Below, piece after piece: positions 29,839 to 40,105 of a DNA stretch of 64,000 bases. The notes below the pieces were generated by a model, which saw nothing but the letters and a program-made list of their open reading frames with translations, made no database searches and was not told where the DNA came from. Position 1 is the first letter of the stretch. Each line of letters opens with the position of its first letter. This stretch comes from Candidatus Latescibacterota bacterium. GTDB taxonomy: Bacteria > Latescibacterota > UBA2968 > GCA-2709665. The stretch lies in the NCBI GenBank assembly GCA_965203805.1, contig OZ241917.1, positions 1,952,001 to 2,016,000 of the forward strand, written 5' to 3'. Both the position numbers and the translations under genes were made by a program.

Positions 29839-31218
29839 TTACTCCAGAATCGAACTTCCGGTCGCGCGCCTCAGTGCCACCCAGGCCAGGTTGAATTCCA
29901 ACACGGACTGATAATACCTGGCGCGGATGACACCATACTCCTTGACCGCGTCGACCATCTCCCCCGCCTCCTCCAGACCGGCATTGAATCCATCTCTCGC
30001 CGAAACAAACCACCGCCTTGTTGCCCGACGGGCTTCTCGCGCCGCCCTGATGTTCGCTTCCGCCTCTACGAGCGACCGATAGGCGCTTTCGATTTCCAGA
30101 CGGGCGCCCTGAACCGCCAACTGCGCCTGGTAGCTGAGTTTCTCGTAGGCCAGACGGGCTTCTTTCACCTTCCCTCTCGTGCTCGCGAACGACAATGACT
30201 GCCGGAAGCCGAGGACTGCGCCCAACTGAGTCACGTTGAACTCGTCCTTGAGAAACGGGTTCCGCTGGCGGTCCCTGTTCGGCGCATAACCGTATTTAAA
30301 CTGGCCGGCCAGAAAGACCTGTGGAAACAGATCAGTTCGGACGGCCCGCACCTGTGCCGACCGCACCCGTAACCCCTCCCGAAGCTGACCCAGATCCGGA
30401 CGACCCTCCGCGAGCGAGAGGTAATATTCCAGTGGACGAATCCGAACGTCTACCGGTTTCAGCTTCCCGTCGGCAAGGGTAAGAGAGTCAGACTCGGAAA
30501 GCCCCAGAAGAATACGAAGCGCCGACCGTGCGAGCGCCTGACTCTTGACGACCTTGTTTGCATTTTCCTCCACGTCGTACACAAACCTGTCGATACGGTG
30601 CAGATCCGTATACGTAAAATCCCCCGTGTCCCCTTCCAGTTTCTCGACGATGGTTCTCCGCGCCCTGCCGATCTCCTCCCTTGACTCATTCGCCAGGTCT
30701 CTAAGCTGATCTGCCAGCAGGAGCAGATAGTAAGCCCTGGCTACCTGCCGCTCCAGGTCGAATCGGGTTCTCTTCAGACCTGCGCGCTGCGCGCCGATGC
30801 CGCCGGATGCGGCTTCCAGTGCCGCGTCGAGTTTGCCGAAGGTGAACAGCGGCTGAACCAGCGACAATTCGGTCCTTGTAAACACACCCATCTGCCGCCA
30901 GTTGCTGACCCCCGTAAGGGCGTCGCCGCGAGCTTCCGGCGAGGGGCCGAAAATCCAGGTGAAATCCAGATGGGGAAGAAATCGCGCGGCGTGTACCTGG
31001 CTGAGTCGATTCTGTGCAATCTCCAGATCGGTCTCGGCGGCCTGAATGGACGGACTCGACGCGAGTGCCATCCTTACGCACCCTTCAAGATTATATCGAA
31101 CCTGTCCGGATTCGGAATAACAGGGACCGATTCCGATTCCCGTCACGCAGATCAGGACAATCGAAACGGGGAGCCACACCCTGTGTGAACTTTTACCACA
31201 TGTGTGGAAAAATTGCAA
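29839..31218 (-). CDS. TolC family outer-membrane efflux protein
   Basis: Signal-like N-terminus, QPLFTFGK, VARAYY, RPDL, ARY...LEFNLAWVALRRATG. TTG 31218 follows GGAGG (ORF track start 31278). Confidence 0.85.
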   Translation of the reverse strand: MQFFHTCGKSSHRVWLPVSIVLICVTGIGIGPCYSESGQVRYNLEGCVRMALASSPSIQAAETDLEIAQNRLSQVHAARFLPHLDFTWIFGPSPEARGDALTGVSNWRQMGVFTRTELSLVQPLFTFGKLDAALEAASGGIGAQRAGLKRTRFDLERQVARAYYLLLLADQLRDLANESREEIGRARRTIVEKLEGDTGDFTYTDLHRIDRFVYDVEENANKVVKSQALARSALRILLGLSESDSLTLADGKLKPVDVRIRPLEYYLSLAEGRPDLGQLREGLRVRSAQVRAVRTDLFPQVFLAGQFKYGYAPNRDRQRNPFLKDEFNVTQLGAVLGFRQSLSFASTRGKVKEARLAYEKLSYQAQLAVQGARLEIESAYRSLVEAEANIRAAREARRATRRWFVSARDGFNAGLEEAGEMVDAVKEYGVIRARYYQSVLEFNLAWVALRRATGSSILE

Positions 31219-31326
31219 CGCTTCCTCCGAAGCCCTCCCTGACCAACGGTATTCCAGTGTCCTCAGAAAATCTATCAATTATCTGGAAATACTAAAGATA
31301 TTTTCATCCGGCCAGGATTTTTCCAA

Positions 31327-32646
31327 TCAGGGAATCTGTCTATTTGCAGCGAAAGCCGTGCCATAGTGCAGTGCACGTCCCGCGTGGCTTTGGACCCGGA
31401 GCGCTTCAAGAATGATGGCCTGCACACGCCGGGCTACCTCAACCGCGTCGTGCCGCTGAACCGCCGAGACGCGGGCGGCCTCACCCATCCGCTGTCGCAA
31501 TCTCCGGTTCTCGACCACCCTGAGGATGGTGTCGGCAAGCCCGGCGGCGTCGTTCGGCGCCACCAGGAATCCGTTGTAACCATGCCGGATCAATTCAGGC
31601 ACACCGCCTGTATCGGACCCCACCACCGGTGTGCCCAGTGCCAGAGACTCGATAACGCTTCGCGGACAGGGGTCGGGCGCAGAAGAAGGAACGAGTGTGA
31701 CATCCATGTCCTTCAGGAACGGTCTGACGTCGGTCTGAAATCCTGTAAAGTGGACACGACCTGAAAAGCGGCCGTTTGCGACCTTGCGGCGATAGCGGTC
31801 CAGCAGGTCCAATGACCGGCGAGGGCTGCCACCGACAACCACCAGCACCACGTCCTTGCGCCGGACCAGGACCTGCTCCATCGCCGCCAGCAGCGTGTCG
31901 ATGCCTTTCCACGCAACGATACGACCGACGAAGCCCAGAACCACTTCGTCCGGTCCGATCCGGTACATCCGGCGCACGCACCCCCGGACGCCGGCAGGGT
32001 CGAAACCGACGAGGTCCGCGCCGTTGTATACAACGCGCACCTTCTCCTTCACAGACGGGAAATTCCCCGCGCACGCCTCGGAAACGGCGATAATTCTCGT
32101 CACGCAAGCACACCGTGCCAGCCTGTGGAAGAACCAGCGTCTGAACGCGTTACTGTATAGTGTACGGCAGTGCCAGACGACCCGAGTGCCACAAACCATA
32201 CCGGCCACTGTGCCGATCAATTTCACCATCATCTGGTTACAATAGACGATTCCGAAACGCTCATGAGAGACCATGCGAATCAGAGCAAACGTAAACCGAA
32301 CGATATCGAACGCATTCAGAACCACCGATGCCATTCTGAACACGCGGTTCTGACTCCGGAACCGCAGTTCCGCCAGGCGTTCCTTCAGTCGGGGCTCGAT
32401 ACGGTACGGGACCCGGATCGCCTCCAGCCTGCATTTCAACACACCTTCGTTAGGCATCACGACCAGCGGCTCGAACAGCGAGGAATCGAGGTGCTTCAAC
32501 AGATAGAAGAGGCTGTTCCCGGCCCCCCCGCGCCCTGTGCATCCCGTCAGGAAAAGCACCTTGACCTTGCCGTTGTTCTTTCCGGCGCACAAAACGGGCG
32601 ACGATGCATTGACCTCGCCGCCCTTTTCTGCGAAACGCATAAACAT
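31327..32646 (-). CDS. glycosyltransferase family 4
   Basis: GGAGNSL, VYNG, FVGRIVAWKG, PDPCPRSVIESLALGTPVVG. Confidence 0.9.
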   Translation of the reverse strand: MFMRFAEKGGEVNASSPVLCAGKNNGKVKVLFLTGCTGRGGAGNSLFYLLKHLDSSLFEPLVVMPNEGVLKCRLEAIRVPYRIEPRLKERLAELRFRSQNRVFRMASVVLNAFDIVRFTFALIRMVSHERFGIVYCNQMMVKLIGTVAGMVCGTRVVWHCRTLYSNAFRRWFFHRLARCACVTRIIAVSEACAGNFPSVKEKVRVVYNGADLVGFDPAGVRGCVRRMYRIGPDEVVLGFVGRIVAWKGIDTLLAAMEQVLVRRKDVVLVVVGGSPRRSLDLLDRYRRKVANGRFSGRVHFTGFQTDVRPFLKDMDVTLVPSSAPDPCPRSVIESLALGTPVVGSDTGGVPELIRHGYNGFLVAPNDAAGLADTILRVVENRRLRQRMGEAARVSAVQRHDAVEVARRVQAIILEALRVQSHAGRALHYGTAFAANRQIP

Positions 32647-34277
32647 CAGTTCAGCCGCCTGATGATGTGATACCCAAGCGGCGTCTGAACGATCCCGCTG
32701 GTCTCACCCACCCGCAATTTCAACACTGCCTCCTCAAAGGCGGGATTCAGATCGCCGGGCGAAAAGAACCCCAGATCACCGCCGATCTCCGCGGAAGCGT
32801 CATTGGAATGTTCCCGGGCCAGGATCCTGAAGTCCTCGCCCGCATTGAGTTTATCGAGGATTTCCTGCGCCTCGATTTCCGTTTCCACGAGGATGTGGTA
32901 CACCCAGAGCTTGCCTGACTGTATCCCCTCGATCTCGTCGATCTTCATTTGAGCCGCCTGCGCGATCTCTTCGTTCGGACTGAAGGTGACGGCTTTTTCG
33001 AAGGCCTGCTTCGCCTGGTCAAACTCCCGCTTCGAGGTCCGGGCCAGACCAATATTGAACAGTACGCCCGCGTTGGTGGAATCCACCGCCAATGCTCTGT
33101 TGTAAACGACAAGCGCCGAGTCCAGGTCCTGCTGTTGCGCGTGAATCAAGGCGAGATCTCCATACGGTTCCAGAACATTCGGATTCGATTCTATAGTCGC
33201 CTCCAGAGCCTTCTTGGCCTGCTCCAGGTCTCCCTTCTGCAGATAGACCTGTGCGACGCCGTACTCCAGACGGGCGCGTTCGGACTCCGGCGCAATCTCC
33301 ATGATCAACCGATACTCGCCAAGCGCCAGGTCCCATTGCCGCAGAACGGTATACAACCGTGCGAGCGCGGAACGGGTGTCCAGATCGCGCGGCTCCAACT
33401 GCGACACTTTCTCCCACGCTTTCCTGGCAACGTCCAGCGAGTCCACCTCGGCCGCCATCTGACCCATGGACCGATGCACCTCGGGATCGTCCGGCGCGAT
33501 GGAAGCCGCCCGCCGGTACGCGGCAAAGGCCTCCGGGGTCCGTCGCATCGAGTGGTAGATGGCCCCCTTGTTTACCAGCAGGGTGACGTCGTTCGGATTC
33601 TTGTCCAACTCCTTTTCAAGCACCGATATCGCACGAATGTACAGCCGATTCGCATCCTCGGGTCTTCCCAGCGCCCCGTAGACCTGGCCCTGATTGATCA
33701 TCAGTACCACGCTCTCGGGGTTGTTCTTCAACCCCTGTTCGAATACCGACAGCGCCTTGTCAGGGTCCTTCAACGCAACGTGCAGTCCCGCCAGGGACTG
33801 GTATGCCTCGATATTCTGAGGATCCAGCGAAACCACGTCCCTGAGGTCCTGAATAGCCAGACCGGGATTTCCGGCCTCCTGATACAGCATTGCCCTGTCC
33901 ATCAGCAGGAGGACGGATTTCGGAATCGCTGCCAACCCACGGTTCAAGGCTTCCAGCGCCTCACGGCCCCTGTTCAGCTGCGCGTGGATCCTGAAGAGCG
34001 CGTCGTAAGGCGCTTCGATTTCCGGCCCCAATTCGATCGCCCTCTCAAACGCCCGGATAGCGCCTTCCGGCTGGCCCATCTGCGCGAATACCATCCCGAG
34101 GACGCCTTGAGCATTCGCGCTATCCGGGAACGTCTCCGCGAACAGCCGAGCCGTAACCAGCGCGGAATCGGCCCGGCCACGGGCGCCGTGCTCGCCGATC
34201 TCCGCCAGGAAGTCCCGGCTCGTGGCTTTTTCGCTCCACAGTATCAGACAACAGATGACAACAATCGTCCGTTTCAA
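32646..34277 (-). CDS. secreted TPR-repeat protein with C-terminal parvulin (PpiC) PPIase domain
   Basis: Signal peptide, many TPRs, HILV...F..LAREHS...GGDLG.F...GYHII. TTG start after GGAGG. Confidence 0.85.
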   Translation of the reverse strand: MKRTIVVICCLILWSEKATSRDFLAEIGEHGARGRADSALVTARLFAETFPDSANAQGVLGMVFAQMGQPEGAIRAFERAIELGPEIEAPYDALFRIHAQLNRGREALEALNRGLAAIPKSVLLLMDRAMLYQEAGNPGLAIQDLRDVVSLDPQNIEAYQSLAGLHVALKDPDKALSVFEQGLKNNPESVVLMINQGQVYGALGRPEDANRLYIRAISVLEKELDKNPNDVTLLVNKGAIYHSMRRTPEAFAAYRRAASIAPDDPEVHRSMGQMAAEVDSLDVARKAWEKVSQLEPRDLDTRSALARLYTVLRQWDLALGEYRLIMEIAPESERARLEYGVAQVYLQKGDLEQAKKALEATIESNPNVLEPYGDLALIHAQQQDLDSALVVYNRALAVDSTNAGVLFNIGLARTSKREFDQAKQAFEKAVTFSPNEEIAQAAQMKIDEIEGIQSGKLWVYHILVETEIEAQEILDKLNAGEDFRILAREHSNDASAEIGGDLGFFSPGDLNPAFEEAVLKLRVGETSGIVQTPLGYHIIRRLN

Positions 34278-34360
34278 CCGACCGCCTCCATTTGGAAAGT
34301 TGATCCGAAGTCCTTCCGGATGTCCTCTGGTCGCTTCGCCTCTCCTTTTCCGCGAATACC

Positions 34361-34389
34361 TTGACAAGCTCCCGTATTCCCGGTATTAT
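34361..34389 (+). promoter_or_regulatory. sigma70-type promoter
   Basis: TTGACA-N17-TATTAT upstream of the DUF1648 gene. Confidence 0.6.
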
Positions 34390-34513
34390 CCAGAGGTCTT
34401 CGATACGCCCGACGCAACAGCGTCCATTGACATGCTTCCGAGCCGGTCATGCTGCTTGTGGAAGGCTCGGCTTCAGGGCGGCGATAATCCGCCTGAACCC
34501 CCGTTTCCTTAGT

Positions 34514-35137
34514 ATGAGCGTCCTGCAACGGGATCCCATTCCAGCGATACTGCTCTCGCTCGCGGCCAGCTATCTGGCGCTCGACCATCTTCCGGACCGG
34601 GTCCCGGTCCACTGGGACGCGTTCGGACGTATCGATGCGGAACTGCACAAGCGGGTCGGCGTCTTTCTGCATCCCGGGGCGATGACGTTCGTCTACATTT
34701 TCTTTCGTTTGATCCCGCTTGTCGACAGAAACCGGGTGCGGCAGTTGAAAGAGATCGGACTCTACGATCCATTCCGAAACGGCGCGGTTCTCCTCTTCGG
34801 ATACAGCCATCTCCTTTTGCTGGGCATCGGCCTGGGGTGGGTAGACCGCGGCGCAAACCTCTTTGCGGGCCTGCTTTCGCTCTCCTCCATCCTTGCGGGT
34901 AACCACCTCAAGCACCTGCGCTCCGCGCGGTTCGATCGTCTCCTTGGCCGGATCGGTGTTTCGAGCGCGCCGGACGCGCGGAACCTTGCCTGCAATATCC
35001 TCATCTTCTGCGGGGCATTGGGGCAGGCAGGCCCCGCAACCGGCACCCTGCAAGTGGCCTGGTTTCTGTTGCCGCTGGCCGCCGGTACCTTTCTCGCGCG
35101 TCGCAGCTATCCCGTGAATCGGAAACCGGCGCCGTGA
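34514..35137 (+). CDS. DUF1648 / SdpI-like membrane protein
   Basis: LPDRVPVHWDAFGRID motif plus several TM segments. Confidence 0.75.
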   Translation: MSVLQRDPIPAILLSLAASYLALDHLPDRVPVHWDAFGRIDAELHKRVGVFLHPGAMTFVYIFFRLIPLVDRNRVRQLKEIGLYDPFRNGAVLLFGYSHLLLLGIGLGWVDRGANLFAGLLSLSSILAGNHLKHLRSARFDRLLGRIGVSSAPDARNLACNILIFCGALGQAGPATGTLQVAWFLLPLAAGTFLARRSYPVNRKPAP

Positions 35138-36021
35138 CCGTGCTCAACGAACGGCTGACCCTTCAGGCCGGCAGTCTCGCCATGATTACGGCCGTCCTCT
35201 GGGGCGGCAACTCTATCGCCATCAAGATCGCCCTCGACGGCCTGCCTCCGCTCGCCCTTGCCGCCGCCCGCTTTCTTCTGGGCGGATTGGCTGTAATCCC
35301 GTGGGCGTACCTCTCCGGCGTACCTCTCCGGCCAGGATCCGGCGAAAGACGAGGTCTGTTTCAGCTGGTTCTGCTCTTTGTCGCGCAAATCTACCTGCTC
35401 AATGCCGGCACGAATATCACGACGGCCGGCAGGTCGACCGTCTTCATCTCCACGTATCCGTTTTTTACCGCCGTCTTCGCCCACCTGTTCATGCCTGGAG
35501 ACCGGCTGAGCGGCCTCAAGATTTCAGGTATGACCCTCTCGTTTGCCGGTGTCGTGCTCGTGTTTGTCGATAGTCTGGCCAGTGGACGCCTCGGCTATCT
35601 GCCTGGAGACGTCATGGTGCTGGCGAGCGGTCTGCTGCTTGGCGCCCGACAGGTCTATACCAAGAAGCTGACCCAATACATCCATCCCGCCCGGCTTCTG
35701 TTATGGCAGGCTGCGCTAAGCCTGCCTGTATTCATTCTGCTGAGCGCCCTGCTGGAGGACCTGAAACCCACCGTCATCCGACCGGGTATCGTTGGTGCGA
35801 TCATCTACCAGGGTCTCGTGGTTGCCGGGTTCTGTTTTCTGGTATCCGTAACGCTCCTGCGACGCTACAGAGCCAGTCGCCTGGGCGTGTTCGGTTTCGT
35901 TACGCCCGTTGTGGGCGTGGTATTCAGCGACCTGCTGCTGGGAGAGGTGATCTCCACGACACTATTCATCAGCGTGCTGATGGTTGGAATCGGTGTCGCT
36001 ATTGTCAATACGGAGACCTGA
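35134..36021 (+). CDS. DMT/EamA family transporter
   Basis: Ten-TM pattern, LWGGNSIAIK, two EamA repeats. GTGA overlap with the upstream stop. Confidence 0.9.
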   Translation: MTVLNERLTLQAGSLAMITAVLWGGNSIAIKIALDGLPPLALAAARFLLGGLAVIPWAYLSGVPLRPGSGERRGLFQLVLLFVAQIYLLNAGTNITTAGRSTVFISTYPFFTAVFAHLFMPGDRLSGLKISGMTLSFAGVVLVFVDSLASGRLGYLPGDVMVLASGLLLGARQVYTKKLTQYIHPARLLLWQAALSLPVFILLSALLEDLKPTVIRPGIVGAIIYQGLVVAGFCFLVSVTLLRRYRASRLGVFGFVTPVVGVVFSDLLLGEVISTTLFISVLMVGIGVAIVNTET

Positions 36022-36097
36022 CGAACGACCGGCGCAACCAGGCCTCCATGCGAACACGTCTCCGGGTCCGGACGCCGCCAAACGGCGTTTCGACCGA

Positions 36098-37441
36098 CTA
36101 CGCCTCCCCTACCATGACGAACGCCACGTCTGCAACATTGGTTCCCGTCGGACCCGTCATCACCAGGTCGCCAAGCGGCTTGAAGAAGTGGTACGCGTCG
36201 TTGTTCTTCAACGATTCTATGGCAGACAGTCCTGCTGATTCCGCTCGTGCGATCGTTTCGGCATCCGCAATCGCCCCCGCGGCGTCCGTCGGACCGTCGG
36301 TCCCATCCGTCCCGCCGCTGAACAGAACCGTCCCCTCCCATCCGGACAGATGTATCGCGCCGGCCAGCACCAGTTCCTGGTTGCGTCCACCTTTGCCGTT
36401 TCCTCGAACGGTTACCGTTGTCTCGCCGCCGGCGATCACGCAGGCGGGAGCGGTCACAGGCCCCCCGGATTCGAGGATTTCCTTGCCGATGGCCGAATAA
36501 ACGTGTGCGACCTCACGAGCCTCGCCCTCCAGGCGCGTGGACAGCACCAGCGTATTATAGCCCAGATGCCGGGCGCGTTCGGCGGCAGCGGCCACCGCCA
36601 GACCGTTGCTTCCGACAATCACATTGTGGCATCTCTCCAGCACAGCGTCTCCCGGTTTCGGCGTTTCCGGAATTGCTCCCGCCGCGCCTGCATCGAACCG
36701 GTCCCGCACCGCTTCAGGCAGCCGATCCGAAACCTCGTACTTGTGAAAAATCTCCAAACAGGCTTTGAACCTGGACGTATCGGGTACCGTGGGCCCCGAT
36801 GCGATCACGTCCATCGGGTCGCCGATGACGTCCGACAACATCAGGGATACCACAGTGGCCGGAAACGCCGCACGCGCGAGCCCCCCGCCCTTGACCCTGG
36901 ACAGATGCTTGCGGACCGCGTTCAACTCCACGATATTGGCGCCGCATTCAAGCAGCAAACGGGTTGTCTCCTGCTTTTCCGCCAGCGTAATCCCCTCCGA
37001 TGGCGCTGGCATCAGCGCCGAACCCCCGCCTGAAATCAGGCAAATCACCAGGGTCCGGTCGTCGGCCTCTTCCAGCAGCCCCAGAATCTGACGCGTCCCG
37101 TCGACACCGGCCTCATCCGGAACCGGATGTCCGCATTCAACGATTCTTATCCGGTCCAGCGGCTCCGCGTGCTCGTACTTGGTATTGATGACCCCATCTG
37201 AAATTCGCTCGCCCAGTATGCCTTCGAGCGCGATACCCATCCGCGGCGACGCCTTGCCGGTACCCACCACGAGAACCCTGTCGAACGCATCCAGGTCGTA
37301 ATCCGTACCATCGATGATGAGCGTGTCACCCTGCGTTCCGGCGAATCGCTTCACGCACTCCAGAGCGTCCACCGCCGCCACTGCCGATTCAAATATCGAC
37401 GAAGCATCGGCGCGCATTCCGGTAACGGTGAACTTACGCAT
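36098..37441 (-). CDS. glycerate 2-kinase (MOFRL/TtuD family)
   Basis: GTGKAS, GHPVPD, SGGGSAL, RKHLSRVKGG, IASGPT, GGETTV, GGRNQE, GTDGTDG, TGTNVAD. Confidence 0.92.
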   Translation of the reverse strand: MRKFTVTGMRADASSIFESAVAAVDALECVKRFAGTQGDTLIIDGTDYDLDAFDRVLVVGTGKASPRMGIALEGILGERISDGVINTKYEHAEPLDRIRIVECGHPVPDEAGVDGTRQILGLLEEADDRTLVICLISGGGSALMPAPSEGITLAEKQETTRLLLECGANIVELNAVRKHLSRVKGGGLARAAFPATVVSLMLSDVIGDPMDVIASGPTVPDTSRFKACLEIFHKYEVSDRLPEAVRDRFDAGAAGAIPETPKPGDAVLERCHNVIVGSNGLAVAAAAERARHLGYNTLVLSTRLEGEAREVAHVYSAIGKEILESGGPVTAPACVIAGGETTVTVRGNGKGGRNQELVLAGAIHLSGWEGTVLFSGGTDGTDGPTDAAGAIADAETIARAESAGLSAIESLKNNDAYHFFKPLGDLVMTGPTGTNVADVAFVMVGEA

Positions 37442-37506
37442 CCTGATCGATCCCCATATTTGCCGGCCACCTCATCCCCTGGCCGGTCCGCGGTGCGACC
37501 GGTCGG

Positions 37507-39774
37507 CTACCTTCGAATGTCGAACGTGATGGCCGCCCTGCCGGTCTGCCCGCTGTTTTCGTCCAGAACCAGGATTTTCAGGACCTGCCTCCCGGGTTCC
37601 GAGGCACCCATATCCAATTCAAGGTAGGCCGGCTCGTCGGTAGCCGTGCCGACGTGTTCATATTCAATGCTGATGACGTTACCTTCTTCGCGTTTCCCGA
37701 TCAGGCGTCCGAGTCCACTCAATACACGCGCGCCCACGCTGGTTCGCCCCAACGATCGTATCTCGTACGAAATACGATATTTCGTCGATCCGAATTCATC
37801 CCGTTTCAGATTATAGATTTCGTAATAGATGAACACCGGTTCGCCGAAGCGGTAGGTCCTGGACGCCATGGGAATCACTTCGATATCACCCTTTACGAAC
37901 CGGCCCCGTTCCGCGACGTTGATTTTCGCCCCCATTTCCACTTCGCTCAACATCAGATTCATCCCTGAATACGCCTTCAGGTTGCGGTCTTCTCTGTATA
38001 TCTGCGTCCTGCCGGAATTCCGGTCCATCACCTGCACGTCGACCCGGTAGACGCCAGAGGGCAACAGGATCCGGTCGATTGCAGGAATAAAGGTCCCGCC
38101 CGACGTGTCCACGACACCCGAAGTGCGGAGGACCATATCGTCGTCTGTCCGGTAAACGGGCCGGTTCTCGTCGTCGTAGACCGCCACGCCCCGGACCAGG
38201 TGCGCCAGCCGCCCCGCATCCCCATCCCGGTATGTCAGATCCCGGGTGGGTATGCCGTAGTACACCTCCATCGCGGTCTTGTCATTGTCGCCTCGAAACG
38301 AAGCCGTATAGAAATAGAAGTCCAGCGGACCCGTGGCGAACGTCGGGCGGTAGGTGGCCGGCTGCCGCGCCACCTGATTGAGCAAGACGGCCTTCGGGTT
38401 CATCCTCTGCCAGATTCTCGTGATCCGCCCCGTACCCACGGGCATTCTCGCAAATTCGTACGGCCCGGGAAAATGCGGTTGAACGAAAGTCATTTCGATG
38501 CCCTGGCCCACGCTGGTATATATCCAGTATTCCCATATGCCGCTCACGGGATAGACCGGCCGACCCAGTATGGACGACTGGGCGACCTCTCCCAGGGACC
38601 GGACTTCGTCCTTCATAAGCTTCGCGGCGGCCGCTCCGGCCGACGCAATCAGGCGATCCTTGACCGCCAGCACCCTGGGGTCCGTCTCGAACCGGACATC
38701 GCCGGATCGGCTGACATGATCCGGATCACCGAAGCGTATATAGACTTCCCCGCGGTCGTCCCAGGGGAATTTGTACTGTCCGTGATTCTCCCTGGCCGTG
38801 GCCACACGGCGATAGTGTTCAACCTGGCGCTCGTTCGCGGCCGATACCGGCGCCGGATCCTGCCCGACCCAGAACCCCTCCGCGGTCGCCTTCAATTCCT
38901 CCAATGAAAGGTCGCCGGGATCTGCGCCGACCCCTGAAACCAGACTCAGGTCATAGTAGAGCCGTTGCTCCTCCGGCTCCAGCAGCGCAATATAGGCTTC
39001 GAAGGTGGCCTGCGCCCGGTCAAAGTCCCGCCGCCTCTGGTAGACATCCGCGAGTTCCAGCACCGCCCGGCGCTGATGCGGGTTCTGCGTTCGGATCACG
39101 GACAGCAGTTCGTCGATTGCCTGCTCCGTCCGATTCAGCAGCTTCAGTACGACCCCCAGCTGCAATCGCGCGCCGAAGTGGTCCGCGTTCACCGCAATCT
39201 GGTCCCGGTAGGCTCGTTCCGCCTTTCCGTATTCCCCGTCTGTCTCTTCGATTCGTCCAATCTGATAGAACGCATCCGGGTGGCGAGGGTCCATCCGGAC
39301 CACCTTGCGGTAGGCCTTGAACGTCTCACTGCTGCCGAAACGCTGGTACGTCTGCGCCAGATTGTATTGGGCTTCGACGTAGTTCTTATCCGCCCGCAGG
39401 GCGTCACGGAACGCATTGATCGCATTGCGGAGTTGCTTGGGCCGGTCCCGATACGTGAGGCCCAGGCCGTTAAAGGCCGGCGCATACCGCTTCCGCTTCC
39501 TGAGCGCCTGCCGGAACATCACTTCGGCCGAATCCAGTTCGCCGTGTTTCAAAAAAAAATGACCGAGACCCACGTAGGACGGCGCGTGTTTAGCGTCGAG
39601 CGAAATTGCCGCTCTGAAAGCTCCTGCGGCCGCTTCAAGCGCCCCATCATTCAACAGGGCCATCGCCCGGTCGTAGTCCGCCTCGGCCACACCGCGGCCG
39701 TCGCCTTTGGCCTGCGCCGGGCCGCTGAAGACGAGCGTCGTCAGGACGACCACGTGCCACGTGAATCGTTTCAT
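37507..39774 (-). CDS. secreted TPR + GWxTD-domain protein
   Basis: Signal peptide, TPRs, FW...DP...NERQVEHYRRV...WDDRGEVYIRFGDPD, WEYWIY. Confidence 0.8.
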   Translation of the reverse strand: MKRFTWHVVVLTTLVFSGPAQAKGDGRGVAEADYDRAMALLNDGALEAAAGAFRAAISLDAKHAPSYVGLGHFFLKHGELDSAEVMFRQALRKRKRYAPAFNGLGLTYRDRPKQLRNAINAFRDALRADKNYVEAQYNLAQTYQRFGSSETFKAYRKVVRMDPRHPDAFYQIGRIEETDGEYGKAERAYRDQIAVNADHFGARLQLGVVLKLLNRTEQAIDELLSVIRTQNPHQRRAVLELADVYQRRRDFDRAQATFEAYIALLEPEEQRLYYDLSLVSGVGADPGDLSLEELKATAEGFWVGQDPAPVSAANERQVEHYRRVATARENHGQYKFPWDDRGEVYIRFGDPDHVSRSGDVRFETDPRVLAVKDRLIASAGAAAAKLMKDEVRSLGEVAQSSILGRPVYPVSGIWEYWIYTSVGQGIEMTFVQPHFPGPYEFARMPVGTGRITRIWQRMNPKAVLLNQVARQPATYRPTFATGPLDFYFYTASFRGDNDKTAMEVYYGIPTRDLTYRDGDAGRLAHLVRGVAVYDDENRPVYRTDDDMVLRTSGVVDTSGGTFIPAIDRILLPSGVYRVDVQVMDRNSGRTQIYREDRNLKAYSGMNLMLSEVEMGAKINVAERGRFVKGDIEVIPMASRTYRFGEPVFIYYEIYNLKRDEFGSTKYRISYEIRSLGRTSVGARVLSGLGRLIGKREEGNVISIEYEHVGTATDEPAYLELDMGASEPGRQVLKILVLDENSGQTGRAAITFDIRR

Positions 39775-39865
39775 CTGCCATCTCCCGCGAGGAGTTCCGT
39801 CAATGTCCTGACGCTAATCAAAGGGGCATCGAGGCGCCGCAACCGGAATTCACCGCAAAATACTA

Positions 39866-39894
39866 ATGATACAAAAAAGGCCCGAAAAACACAA
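39866..39894 (-). promoter_or_regulatory. possible sigma70-type promoter for the GWxTD gene
   Basis: Minus strand TTGTGT-N17-TATCAT. Confidence 0.35.
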
Positions 39895-40105
39895 GCACGG
39901 GCAAGGGTTCCGGCCCGAAAACGTGCCATCGTTACTCCCAGCCGAATCAGCTCGCCTCGCCACGTTCCATGCGTTCGAACAGGGGCCGGTAATCCCGTAT
40001 CCACTGACGTGCCGATTTTTGGACCGGTCCATGTACGCGATTCGCAACCACAGCGTCTCCTGACGAGTGCTTTCCACGACCCTATCCAAAAGCATCCGCA
40101 GGCTG

